From a virus (taxonomy: Duplodnaviria > Heunggongvirae > Uroviricota > Caudoviricetes): a stretch of 43,689 bases of DNA. Under the pieces are notes generated by a model. It did not search any database. It was given only the letters and a program-made list of their open reading frames with translations, and was not told where the DNA came from. The translations under genes were made by a program, and so were the position numbers. Below are positions 33,284-41,697 of the stretch, in pieces (position 1 is the stretch's first letter; each line of letters starts with the position of its first letter). The stretch spans positions 1 to 43,689 of IMG/VR virus record IMGVR_UViG_3300045988_038444. One strand, 5' to 3'.

Positions 33284-34638
33284 CAGTCGTCAATAGACGG
33301 TAACCCATCCCCGGCTTTATCAATCCCCGTAATAGGTAGACCCGCCTCTTTATATACGTATTCCTGAAGGTCTGGATCCGGGAATACAGGCGCGCCAGCT
33401 TGTGCAAGTCGTGCAAGTGCAGTGGTCAACGTTTCGATACTGTCTTTACTGATCGACCCGGCGCGAATCGACGGGCGGTATTCATCAGGAAATGCGTTTA
33501 ACGACCATAACTGCGGTATCAACTGACGATTAACACATTCTACAATGCTGTCAATACGTGATTGCATTGCGCGGATCCATAATTCAGTACGACTACCCAG
33601 GTTAGCATTATTCCCGGTATTACCACCCGTTCCGAAAAACATGAAATCAGCCAGTAACGCACGGGCAATACTGGTATCCAGGCGTTTAATCGTCCGGTCA
33701 ATATCCACAGAACTGGTCTGATTAGGTGTAACGAATTCCAGTTTCACCTGTTGTTCACCACCATACGTGGTAACACCTGTTTCGTTATCGTAACCCGTGA
33801 TATACGGTTTAGAATAAATCACCAGTCCTGATTGTTCATTGCGTTTGATATTAGCGACGATGTTTTCATAGTTATCAATCATCGCCTGTGCTGCCTGACG
33901 TTGTTGTTCAGGAACGTTGGGGTCATTAGCCGCTTTCTTAATATCTGCGTTAACAGTAATTACCGGGAACCCTGTACCACGTTCGGCAAGTATGGATTCG
34001 ATTTCCATATTCACTTTTTTGTAGTACCACGGACGATAAGCTGTGCGCAGCAGTGATAAACCTTCCGGGTTACCTTTATTCGGACTTGAAATCAAATGAA
34101 GCGAACGGTCACGCGTGATTAACGTCGTTGTACCCTGGTTAGGTGAACGTTGATAAATACCACGAACATAACCTGTCGGTTCTTCAATGTCCCAGCCAGC
34201 AAGCGTTTCAGGTGCTACAGGAACCAGACGGGCAATACCCACCGTGCCATCATCAAGGTCTTTCACCCAGATGTCATACCAACCCCAGCCAAACACATCA
34301 ACGTCTGTCCATGTCTGAACGAACGCGGACCAGGTATCGTCCGGGAGTGCACCACGCGGATCACCCATTTTATTTTCAACAGCATCCTGTAACCATTCTG
34401 AATAACGAATAGCTTCTGGATCATCTTTGTCAGACGGGTCAAAAATCCACTGTACAGAACGATAAACGCTACTCATAGCGAATAACACACCGCCAATAGT
34501 TTCGTCGTTCTCAGCCATCTGACGCAGAATACGACGGCCTTGTTTACCGTTCAGCTTAGGAAGGAAATCGTCGTTTACCTGGTTGCCTGTTCGACTGTAC
34601 CCGGCAACGGCTAGTTGTTCGAATTGTTGATCAGCCAT
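33283..34638 (-). CDS. Portal protein (451 aa)
   Basis: Size, position downstream of TerL and upstream of head morphogenesis, and an acidic C-terminus. Confidence 0.7.
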   Translation of the reverse strand: MADQQFEQLAVAGYSRTGNQVNDDFLPKLNGKQGRRILRQMAENDETIGGVLFAMSSVYRSVQWIFDPSDKDDPEAIRYSEWLQDAVENKMGDPRGALPDDTWSAFVQTWTDVDVFGWGWYDIWVKDLDDGTVGIARLVPVAPETLAGWDIEEPTGYVRGIYQRSPNQGTTTLITRDRSLHLISSPNKGNPEGLSLLRTAYRPWYYKKVNMEIESILAERGTGFPVITVNADIKKAANDPNVPEQQRQAAQAMIDNYENIVANIKRNEQSGLVIYSKPYITGYDNETGVTTYGGEQQVKLEFVTPNQTSSVDIDRTIKRLDTSIARALLADFMFFGTGGNTGNNANLGSRTELWIRAMQSRIDSIVECVNRQLIPQLWSLNAFPDEYRPSIRAGSISKDSIETLTTALARLAQAGAPVFPDPDLQEYVYKEAGLPITGIDKAGDGLPSIDD

Positions 34639-34667
34639 GTTCTACAGGCTCCATACGGTTTACGGTT

Positions 34668-34680
34668 CTTAACGTATGTT
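34668..34680 (-). promoter_or_regulatory. Candidate late promoter (ext -10 CACTGATATAAC) upstream of the portal gene
   Basis: Minus strand ccatCACTGATATAACatacg, about 30-40 nt upstream of ATG 34638. Same motif as at 6204-6216 and 30168-30176. Confidence 0.4.
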
Positions 34681-34706
34681 ATATCAGTGATGGTTTTTTT
34701 GCACGG

Positions 34707-34749
34707 TGTTAAAATAATTCTTGACGAATTGCAAACGTGCGATTATGCT
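34707..34749 (+). promoter_or_regulatory. Early promoter copy P6 (-35 TTGACG 34721-34726, -10 TATGCT)
   Basis: GTTAAAATAATTCTTGACGAATTGCA. Confidence 0.7.
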
Positions 34750-34780
34750 TTAGTCATCAAATGAACGAAGGGTGATAACT

Positions 34781-35092
34781 ATGAAACCGAATGAAAATAT
34801 TACACAACTGGATATTGCTTTTGGACCTAAAAACATTGCTGAATTTCTCCCGGCGATGGGTAGTATTCCGAAAGAATTTTTCGAAAATTCTAACCCGTGG
34901 AATCAGTGGGTCAGCAAATGGTTCTTCAACGGTCTGAAAGAATACGCAGTTGCTGTTGAAGGTGTGAACTTTAAAGATGCTCACGCGCATATCAAAGTGA
35001 TCCTGGGTAGTTTCGAACCTAAACACGAACATAAAATTGCCGGGTGTGCGTATCTCGCGTCAATGTGGTTTGTACCGGAGACAGTTAAATGA
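34781..35092 (+). CDS. Hypothetical protein (~103 aa)
   Basis: Start trimmed to ATG 34781 (AAGGGTGA SD). Confidence 0.45.
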   Translation: MKPNENITQLDIAFGPKNIAEFLPAMGSIPKEFFENSNPWNQWVSKWFFNGLKEYAVAVEGVNFKDAHAHIKVILGSFEPKHEHKIAGCAYLASMWFVPETVK

Positions 35093-35235
35093 ATCCAAGA
35101 AATATTAGTCGCCCGTGGGTTGAAAATTCACGCTCCGATCACTTCGAACGCCGTAAAGCAGAAGTTAAACGCTTGGTTGCCGCTGGTCACACTAAAAAAC
35201 GTGCACAACAAATTGCTAAAAGTAAGGGGTTTTGA
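35089..35235 (+). CDS. Small basic protein (48 aa)
   Basis: ATGA-coupled start at 35089. Confidence 0.3.
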   Translation: MNPRNISRPWVENSRSDHFERRKAEVKRLVAAGHTKKRAQQIAKSKGF

Positions 35236-35238
35236 ATT

Positions 35239-35397
35239 ATGGTATATGTTCTGATTTTCATTCTTAGTAGTAACATGATCGGTAGTGCTGAATTTAATAG
35301 TAAATCTGCATGTGAACAAGTAAACAAAGATATTCGTACAGCCGGACACCACGTGTGGGCGAAATGTTATCCGAAAGGTATGATAAACGGAGAATAA
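35239..35397 (+). CDS. Small protein with a hydrophobic N-terminus (52 aa)
   Basis: ATG 35239; MVYVLIFILSSNMIGSA looks like a signal peptide or TM helix. Confidence 0.3.
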   Translation: MVYVLIFILSSNMIGSAEFNSKSACEQVNKDIRTAGHHVWAKCYPKGMINGE

Positions 35398-35399
35398 TC

Positions 35400-35735
35400 A
35401 TGAATCATGTAAACGCTATTCGCTGTAATGATGAATATCAGTGTTCACACTGTGGTAAATCGTGGGATATCCACGAAGAAGCGCCAGATTGTAAAATGAC
35501 ACTGGTTAGTGCAGATGTGTATAAAACTGTCAATTATTTTGGTTTGTCTTTAACTGTTCCTGAAGATATTGACTATATAGCCACGAATAGTTACGGGGTT
35601 GTTTACGGGTATTTTAGTGAACCAGAACTATGTGATGAATTTTGGGATAATCATCGTTACGGTATCCCAAAAGTGAGGCTTGCAACTGTAAACCTACACG
35701 GGCTGAACTGGCGGGAGACTCTAAGAAAATGTTAA
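35400..35735 (+). CDS. Zinc-binding hypothetical protein (111 aa)
   Basis: Start trimmed to ATG 35400 (GGAGA SD); contains CSHCGK...C. Confidence 0.45.
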   Translation: MNHVNAIRCNDEYQCSHCGKSWDIHEEAPDCKMTLVSADVYKTVNYFGLSLTVPEDIDYIATNSYGVVYGYFSEPELCDEFWDNHRYGIPKVRLATVNLHGLNWRETLRKC

Positions 35736-35890
35736 TTGGCTATGTACTGGTGCTTGTTCTACACGGTGTGGCTATTGAACCTGTGACAGAACGTATTATG
35801 ACGTTCGAACAGTGTCAGGGTGCTTTACAAGCTGAACAGGCTTACAACCCTGATAAAAATTACGGGTGTGCTGAAGTTTATCGGGACTAA
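35729..35890 (+). CDS. Small secreted/membrane protein (53 aa)
   Basis: ATG overlaps the previous stop; hydrophobic N-terminus LIGYVLVLVLHGVAI. Confidence 0.3.
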   Translation: MLIGYVLVLVLHGVAIEPVTERIMTFEQCQGALQAEQAYNPDKNYGCAEVYRD

Positions 35891-35977
35891 TTATTATGGA
35901 ATACATGTACATTGCTTTCTCACTTCTGTTAATGATTGTTGTCGTTATTACAACTGAGAAAAAAAGAACAAGGTGTG

Positions 35978-36172
35978 ATGGGTTTAGCAGTTGCTCTGAT
36001 TCGTGTTCTTTCAATCATGTTGCTGGTAACCAGTTTTTCAATTGCTTTTGACATCGTGGAATTACAAAGCGATTATTACGGTTTTGTGAAACTTCAACAT
36101 CAGTTGACATACGCCGTCATATTCGGTTTAGGTTCTGTTAGCCTCGCTGTTCTTTCATCTTTCAGACATTGA
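35978..36172 (+). CDS. Small membrane protein (64 aa, 2 TM)
   Basis: Start trimmed to ATG 35978 (AAGGTG SD); ends 6 nt before the terminator. Confidence 0.4.
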   Translation: MGLAVALIRVLSIMLLVTSFSIAFDIVELQSDYYGFVKLQHQLTYAVIFGLGSVSLAVLSSFRH

Positions 36173-36198
36173 AAAAAAGCCCCGGACAGTTCCGGGGC
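36172..36198 (-). terminator. Rho-independent terminator (strong on the minus strand, after TerL)
   Basis: Minus strand GCCCCGGAACTGTCCGGGGC + U7. Confidence 0.7.
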
Positions 36199-36299
36199 GA
36201 AGTCGATTAGTAAAACGTGAACGCGGAAAACTGTAATGGTACTATGAACGGACTGGTAAACCCTCTGAAAACGGGCGGGAATAATCCCGCCACACTGTT

Positions 36300-38063
36300 T
36301 TAAAAAATGTCACCGTATTCAGGAGTACCAACAGGATTCACACTACCAGTAAATGGTTCTTCGACAAATTCGGTGCGTTTTGGTGATAGTGCAATAACCG
36401 CAGCGTCGAAAAAGTTTGGTGACTTACTTCCGTTTGGTTTCTTGTCGATCACAATCTTCCCGGCACCGTTACTGGTATACGTTGGCTGACTTAACTCAGC
36501 TTCTAACCGTTGTGCGTTTTCCAGTGACGGATCAATCAGAATGATTTCGTCCGGATCCTGTGGTTGACCTTCCACATACCATTTATAAATTCGCTGACAA
36601 CGCAGGCGTAACGCCCACGATGCTTGTGCTTTATAATTTGAGAAATAATCTTTGTTTGATTTACGGTCTTTGTCACCAGGTTTTGTACCACCGATAATAT
36701 CACCACCCGGATCCACAACTTTTCCATTCGGTAACCACGGGCGCACACGGAAGCGTAAAATATCTTTCCGGTCATTTGCCGCTACTTTAACGCCTGTACC
36801 AACACCGTTAACTTCGTACCAGTATTCATCAACACCCAGCATATTAGCCATCGTCAACATTCCCGGTGCAGCCAGTTCAGCACCCCTGTGGTCAAGTTGC
36901 AGATGTGTCAGGAATACACCGTGAGCAATTACCAGCGCACTGGCATCTTCCCCACCGTCTGCTGCGTCCTGTCCGGCAATACGTTGACCTGTTGGTGTAA
37001 GTAGTCCATTAACTTTGCGCCATTCTGTGTCACGGAAAGCGTCAAAAGCAGCGCGTACCCATTCAGCTTTAATCAACACCCCCTGAACAGCAGCGGCATA
37101 ATCGCGGTCAACTTCCTGTGCGAAAATATGCTGTAAACCTTTTTCAGCGAACGATTGTTTTTCTCGCTTATACCATTCATCGTCTTTAGCCGGGTGATCA
37201 CGCCAGTCAAGAACCATTACACGCAATTTACCACGGGGTAATTTCTTGCCCGGTTCCCATTCCAGACCAGCTTTACGATTACGATAAAAAACGTTACCAA
37301 CACCGTTAACTGAACTGATGTCGATACGAACGTTGGTGTTAGCTGACAACGACGCTTCAATCAGTTCAGGACGGTCTACGTGTGCCGCTTCGTCCAAGAA
37401 GTAGACAGATTTACGACCACCACGACCGATGTTGTCACCAGCTTCACCAGTAATTGTTGCACCGTTTTCAGGGTTGATACATTTCATGTAAACCAGATGG
37501 TCTTTTTCACGCAGACCAACAGGACGTAATTCCGGTGGTAATGCGCGGATAATCTGGCGAATCTTTTCAAAAATACTATCCGGGTCACCCAGTTTATCGA
37601 CAAGCTGCTCTTTACGTGACCCCCAGCCAACTGAAGAACCAGGACGATACAGCCACGCCCACACGGATAAACCACAGGCTACCCAGGTCGCACCATAGTC
37701 TCGTGATTTTTCCCAAAGTCCTTTTTCTTTGTCTTCAAGCGCTTCATAAACAAACTGAACCATATCGATCTGACGTTCGAAAAGGCAGAAAGGCATGTTG
37801 GGTGGATATTCAGTACCGACGTTACGCGGGTCGTAAGTAAACGCCCAGTCGAGGATAAACGCTACCGGGTTTGTTTCGTAATACTTTTTCAGCACCGGGA
37901 CAATTGCCCGATCCGTGCGCATACGGTTTAACAGGTTAATACGGTCAATGTAACACTGCTTGTAATCCGGGCGTGGCTGACCTTTTCGCCAGATACGTTC
38001 GTCATTTGCGTAGGCATCACGCCAGCGCGGGTAATTATGAATATTTCCAGTAAACTTATTCAT
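36300..38063 (-). CDS. Terminase large subunit
   Basis: 587 aa; Walker A-like ...YGATWVACGLS..., ATPase/nuclease two-domain size, located upstream of the portal. Confidence 0.8.
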   Translation of the reverse strand: MNKFTGNIHNYPRWRDAYANDERIWRKGQPRPDYKQCYIDRINLLNRMRTDRAIVPVLKKYYETNPVAFILDWAFTYDPRNVGTEYPPNMPFCLFERQIDMVQFVYEALEDKEKGLWEKSRDYGATWVACGLSVWAWLYRPGSSVGWGSRKEQLVDKLGDPDSIFEKIRQIIRALPPELRPVGLREKDHLVYMKCINPENGATITGEAGDNIGRGGRKSVYFLDEAAHVDRPELIEASLSANTNVRIDISSVNGVGNVFYRNRKAGLEWEPGKKLPRGKLRVMVLDWRDHPAKDDEWYKREKQSFAEKGLQHIFAQEVDRDYAAAVQGVLIKAEWVRAAFDAFRDTEWRKVNGLLTPTGQRIAGQDAADGGEDASALVIAHGVFLTHLQLDHRGAELAAPGMLTMANMLGVDEYWYEVNGVGTGVKVAANDRKDILRFRVRPWLPNGKVVDPGGDIIGGTKPGDKDRKSNKDYFSNYKAQASWALRLRCQRIYKWYVEGQPQDPDEIILIDPSLENAQRLEAELSQPTYTSNGAGKIVIDKKPNGSKSPNFFDAAVIALSPKRTEFVEEPFTGSVNPVGTPEYGDIF

Positions 38064-38089
38064 GGTTATCGGCCCGTTTGTAACTGTTC

Positions 38090-38112
38090 TGTATAGTTTA
38101 CCACGGGTGATT
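38090..38112 (-). promoter_or_regulatory. Candidate late promoter motif caCCCGTGgTAAACTataca about 32 nt upstream of the TerL ATG
   Basis: Paired with the near-identical motif upstream of the tape-measure gene. Confidence 0.35.
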
Positions 38113-38125
38113 GGTGGTGACAGAG

Positions 38126-38170
38126 ATTTAAAATAATTCTTGACAGATTGCAGAAGTGGTGTCAGACTCT
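38126..38170 (+). promoter_or_regulatory. Early promoter copy P7 (-35 TTGACA 38140-38145)
   Basis: GATTTAAAATAATTCTTGACAGATTGCA. Confidence 0.65.
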
Positions 38171-38200
38171 GATTATCAATTGAACAGGAGTAACACAGGT

Positions 38201-38533
38201 ATGAATATTAAAGACCACAACGGATTATTTAAAGAAGTTCTTACCGTTCGTCTTGAACGTAATGCACAACCTGAATACGGGCAAAATGCCGTTTACTGTG
38301 TTCATTTTAAAGACACTACATTTTCATATTTTGAAGATGATGTAGACACTGTTGAAATTGGTGGCGACCTTTCAATATTCGTAAAACTTTATAATACTGA
38401 ACTTATGACTTACATGCTTCAAACGGTCCTGAATACGTTCGGTCGCACTGACGGGGTGTGTGTCACTACTCAGACAAAACAACAGGTGTTGCAAAACATC
38501 CGTGAACTACTGGAGCGCGTCGACCATGGGTGA
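38201..38533 (+). CDS. Hypothetical protein (110 aa)
   Basis: Start trimmed to ATG 38201 with AGGAG SD. Confidence 0.45.
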   Translation: MNIKDHNGLFKEVLTVRLERNAQPEYGQNAVYCVHFKDTTFSYFEDDVDTVEIGGDLSIFVKLYNTELMTYMLQTVLNTFGRTDGVCVTTQTKQQVLQNIRELLERVDHG

Positions 38534-38708
38534 TAAACCAAGTCTGACACCGTGGCGGATCCGTTTAAATGGTGATGATATTAGTACCATTTATGCTTAT
38601 CAGGATAAACCACGAAATTTAGCGCTGGGGCAATACGCGCAATTATTCATGTTGTCGTCCTGGCAAATTGTGCAACGCACACTGGAAAAGATTAAAAGGG
38701 GTTGTTGA
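38526..38708 (+). CDS. Hypothetical protein (60 aa)
   Basis: ATG 38526 overlapping the upstream stop. Confidence 0.35.
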   Translation: MGDKPSLTPWRIRLNGDDISTIYAYQDKPRNLALGQYAQLFMLSSWQIVQRTLEKIKRGC

Positions 38709-38860
38709 TGATCATGAAACGCGTCGCCATTTCTGGTGTGGCCATTTTAATTCTTATAATAGTGTTTAGCATATTAATAGATAAAGGTGTGGATAATTTA
38801 TGTTTGCTTAATTTTATCAGTGTTACTTCTTTTTACCTTGGGTTATGGTGTTCAAAATAA
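38708..38860 (+). CDS. Small membrane protein (50 aa)
   Basis: ATG 38708 (AAGGGG SD); two hydrophobic stretches. Confidence 0.3.
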   Translation: MIMKRVAISGVAILILIIVFSILIDKGVDNLCLLNFISVTSFYLGLWCSK

Positions 38861-39249
38861 TGTGGAACATCTGTCATAAATCCGGGCGAGTACTGTTCAC
38901 TACGAATGATGAACGGACCGCTATGAATCGTGCTAAATATGGGTGGAGGGTTAAAAAAGTGGATGACCGTTACGAAATTGCAAAACAGCACGGAATGTCG
39001 ATAGAGTTCATCGACTGGTTTTGGGAGAACAAGAAAGCCAGTTTAGGTAGTGTCTGGTTTATCACTATGAGTACAATGTGGGAAGGGTGGAAAGGCGCGT
39101 TAGGTGATCCCGTGGGTGAAATTGTTGAAAGACCGTGTGAAGCAGAACTACGTTCTCCCGGTGAAACATACAAATACCTGCGTGGAAAACTCAACATGGA
39201 ACGTATGCCAGTAGGTACAAAGTTTTACGCCAGCCGAAACCCCTGTTAA
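38860..39249 (+). CDS. Hypothetical protein (~129 aa)
   Basis: TAATG-coupled ATG at 38860 within track ORF 38845..39249. Confidence 0.4.
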   Translation: MWNICHKSGRVLFTTNDERTAMNRAKYGWRVKKVDDRYEIAKQHGMSIEFIDWFWENKKASLGSVWFITMSTMWEGWKGALGDPVGEIVERPCEAELRSPGETYKYLRGKLNMERMPVGTKFYASRNPC

Positions 39250-39320
39250 ATTATTGTAAAACCCATACCATTCTTACCAGTTCCGCACTACCCTGAAACT
39301 ATCAAACAGGAGTGCGGAAC

Positions 39321-39527
39321 ATGTTCAGATACGTTTTAAAATTACTCGCCATTATTGCAACATGGCTAATCATACAGTCCGGGTATGACCTGCGTGTTCG
39401 TAACCAATGTTCAGACTATCAACGCATTACACGAACTGCGACAATCTACAGTCACGGTATTTGTTACGCGGCAGACAGTGACGGACAGTTTAAAATAATT
39501 CTTGACGGTTTACACATCATCAGATAG
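39321..39527 (+). CDS. Small protein with an N-terminal TM/signal (68 aa); its C-terminus (..[13 protein letters not shown]) is encoded by promoter P8
   Basis: ATG 39321 with AGGAG SD. Confidence 0.4.
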   Translation: MFRYVLKLLAIIATWLIIQSGYDLRVRNQCSDYQRITRTATIYSHGICYAADSDGQFKIILDGLHIIR

Positions 39528-39530
39528 ACT
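39490..39530 (+). promoter_or_regulatory. Early promoter copy P8 (-35 TTGACG 39502-39507, -10 TAGACT)
   Basis: GTTTAAAATAATTCTTGACGGTTTACA lying inside the 3' end of the upstream ORF. Confidence 0.7.
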
Positions 39531-39562
39531 TCAGTTTGTGTAAAACAACTGGAGTTATCACC

Positions 39563-39829
39563 ATGTTTAAAACTGGTCAACACGTAGAAGTCACCAGTCC
39601 ACGACTGTTAGAAGTTCTCGCACGTCGCAAATCTAAACCGTTCGGCACTGTTGTAGCGGTCGATCCGCAAGCTGAATACCCGGTTAAAGTTCGCATCACT
39701 GACGATACAGGGTTTCAAATCCCCTTCACGTTCAACGGTGAACAGTGCGATTACACTTTCTCATTTACTATGAACGGTCATCATGACCATCGTAGCCTGA
39801 CACCTGATTTAAGAGTGGTGAATGTATGA
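39563..39829 (+). CDS. Hypothetical protein (88 aa)
   Basis: Start trimmed to ATG 39563 (GGAG SD). Confidence 0.45.
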   Translation: MFKTGQHVEVTSPRLLEVLARRKSKPFGTVVAVDPQAEYPVKVRITDDTGFQIPFTFNGEQCDYTFSFTMNGHHDHRSLTPDLRVVNV

Positions 39830-40068
39830 TGAGTACGAAAACAACAATTATCAACTGTTTTCGGAAAGTTACTGGGTACGATCCGAATGTAATTATCACC
39901 GCCAACGGTTTGTATTATTCGGTAGATAATTATGGTCTGAACAATACTTTATGGAGTGTTCCACCACAACAAATTATTACTGACCATAAACAACCACATC
40001 GTAAAACAGGTATTGCAAAAGCCCGACGCGATGCGAAGAAAAGAAGGAACCGGAAATTAAACGGTTGA
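39826..40068 (+). CDS. Hypothetical protein with a basic C-terminus (80 aa)
   Basis: ATGA-coupled start; C-terminal [26 protein letters not shown]. Confidence 0.45.
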   Translation: MMSTKTTIINCFRKVTGYDPNVIITANGLYYSVDNYGLNNTLWSVPPQQIITDHKQPHRKTGIAKARRDAKKRRNRKLNG

Positions 40069-40102
40069 TTATCTCATTCACAAATTAAACAGGAAAACAA
40101 AT

Positions 40103-41017
40103 ATGAACTTCTTTAAAAACGCTATTATTTATCGTCTGACTAATCCTATGGCACTAATGGCCCAGTTGCCAACACTGGAAGACAGCCTGTGTGCGTTTCA
40201 ATTCAATCCATGTGGTTCACAGGATATGGCGCGTACTGGTTGGGTTCCGGCAACTGAACAACATCATACGCTGGTTCACCAGGCTAATGGGCAATATCTG
40301 CTGACCATCCAGAAACAGGAAAAGATTATTCCTGGTCCGGTCATTAAACAGCATCTGAACGCGCGAATCGCCAAACTGGAAGCGGAACAGGCGCGTAAAC
40401 TGAAGAAAACAGAGAAAGATAGCCTGAAAGATGAAGTATTGCACAGTCTGTTACCACGAGCATTCGTTAAAAACAGTCGTACACAGTTGTGGATTGATAT
40501 CACTAGCGGGTTGATCGTGGTTGATGCGTCCAGTGCTAAACGGACTGAAGACGCATTAGCACTATTGCGTAAATCCCTGGGTAGTCTGCCAGTCGTCCCA
40601 CTGACAACTGAAAACCCTGTTGAACTGACAACAACGGAGTGGGTACGTTCAGGAAACGCGCCAACAGGTTTCACAATGGGTGATTCTGCGGAATTGAAAG
40701 CAATCCTGACTGACGGCGGTGTTGCACGCGTTAAAAAACAGGATTTAACCAGTGATGAAATAGCCACGCATATTGAAGCAGGAAAAGTTGTTACAAAACT
40801 GGCTCTGAACTGGCTGCAGCGGGTAACGTTTACGCTAACTGACAGCATGACGTTAAACCGTGTGAAATTCTGCGACGGGTTGCTCGACCAGAACGACGAT
40901 ATCGATCGTGAAGACAGTCTGACACGATTTGACGCTGATTTTGTACTAATGACAGGTGAACTTCAGGCGCTGATCAAACAACTTATCACTGCTTTGGGTG
41001 GGGAGGCTAAACGATGA
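40103..41017 (+). CDS. rdgC: Recombination-associated protein RdgC
   Basis: Strong end-to-end similarity to E. coli RdgC by recall (e.g. [105 protein letters not shown]). Confidence 0.85.
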   Translation: MNFFKNAIIYRLTNPMALMAQLPTLEDSLCAFQFNPCGSQDMARTGWVPATEQHHTLVHQANGQYLLTIQKQEKIIPGPVIKQHLNARIAKLEAEQARKLKKTEKDSLKDEVLHSLLPRAFVKNSRTQLWIDITSGLIVVDASSAKRTEDALALLRKSLGSLPVVPLTTENPVELTTTEWVRSGNAPTGFTMGDSAELKAILTDGGVARVKKQDLTSDEIATHIEAGKVVTKLALNWLQRVTFTLTDSMTLNRVKFCDGLLDQNDDIDREDSLTRFDADFVLMTGELQALIKQLITALGGEAKR

Positions 41018-41346
41018 GAACAGAACAGGAACGTATTATTCAGTGGTTATGTTCTGGTGAAACCGGACTAAGCTCTAAAACGATGGTCTGCATTCACACG
41101 GGTAATGAAATGGGTTACGGCTGGGAGTTTAGAGCACCCTTTGACGTTTCTGATTTTCGCCGTTGTTGGTTCCTGGTTGAAGCTGTGCCAGAAATCAGAA
41201 ACAGTTTTCCGTTGATTGCTGAAAAGTGTCCGGCGTTTAAAGGTGTGATTGAAAACTGGGACGTTATTAGCGCAGCTTATGAACGTGAACGCGGATCCGG
41301 TAAATGTCCTGAAACGTATCGGTTACTGAAAGAAAGTTTAAAATAA
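41014..41346 (+). CDS. Hypothetical protein (110 aa); its C-terminal ..SLK* is encoded by the UP element of P9
   Basis: Track ORF, ATGA-coupled to rdgC. Confidence 0.45.
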   Translation: MRTEQERIIQWLCSGETGLSSKTMVCIHTGNEMGYGWEFRAPFDVSDFRRCWFLVEAVPEIRNSFPLIAEKCPAFKGVIENWDVISAAYERERGSGKCPETYRLLKESLK

Positions 41347-41378
41347 TTCTTGACGGGTTGCACAAGGAAGTGTAATAT
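41336..41378 (+). promoter_or_regulatory. Early promoter copy P9 (-35 TTGACG 41350-41355, ext -10 TGtTAATAT)
   Basis: GTTTAAAATAATTCTTGACGGGTTGCA. Confidence 0.7.
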
Positions 41379-41412
41379 TACCTCATTGAAACGAATTATG
41401 AGGAACCGGAAA

Positions 41413-41604
41413 ATGTTATTTACAAAAGAATGGTATGAAATCATGGAGTCTTTCGAAAAGAATTGCAAAGGGCGTTTTCGTTTTGACCGTGAAGAAAAAG
41501 AAATGTGGAAAATTGGTGCGTACTATCAGCAAGGAGAATGTAACGAGTGGTTCAAAATGTTTCTTGCTGGTTATATGGCTGGTCGTGCTACTTATCTCAA
41601 CTAA
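41413..41604 (+). CDS. Hypothetical protein (63 aa)
   Basis: Start trimmed to ATG 41413 (GAGGA SD). Confidence 0.4.
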   Translation: MLFTKEWYEIMESFEKNCKGRFRFDREEKEMWKIGAYYQQGECNEWFKMFLAGYMAGRATYLN

Positions 41605-41613
41605 TGCGTAAAA

Positions 41614-41634
41614 CGCCCCGTAAGGGGCTTTCTT
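41614..41634. terminator. Rho-independent terminator between the + cassette and the TerS 3' end
   Basis: Hairpin GCCCCGTAAGGGGC + TTTCTT. Confidence 0.6.
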
Positions 41635-41697
41635 ATATCACCCTGTACCCTTGCACCACCCATCAACAGATCGTCGAAACGCAAACGGTTTCCGGCG

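Noticed and set aside
35896-36066. 56-aa ORF starting at 35896 as an independent gene
   Set aside because: It has no SD and its Cys-rich tail overlaps the better-supported membrane ORF 35978..36172. The N-terminal TM part is discussed as a possible frameshifted fusion instead.
41626-41640. TGATATAAG at 41631-41640 (minus strand) as another late promoter
   Set aside because: It would fire antisense into the plus-strand cassette, and the sequence is better explained as the U-rich tail of the plus-strand terminator.
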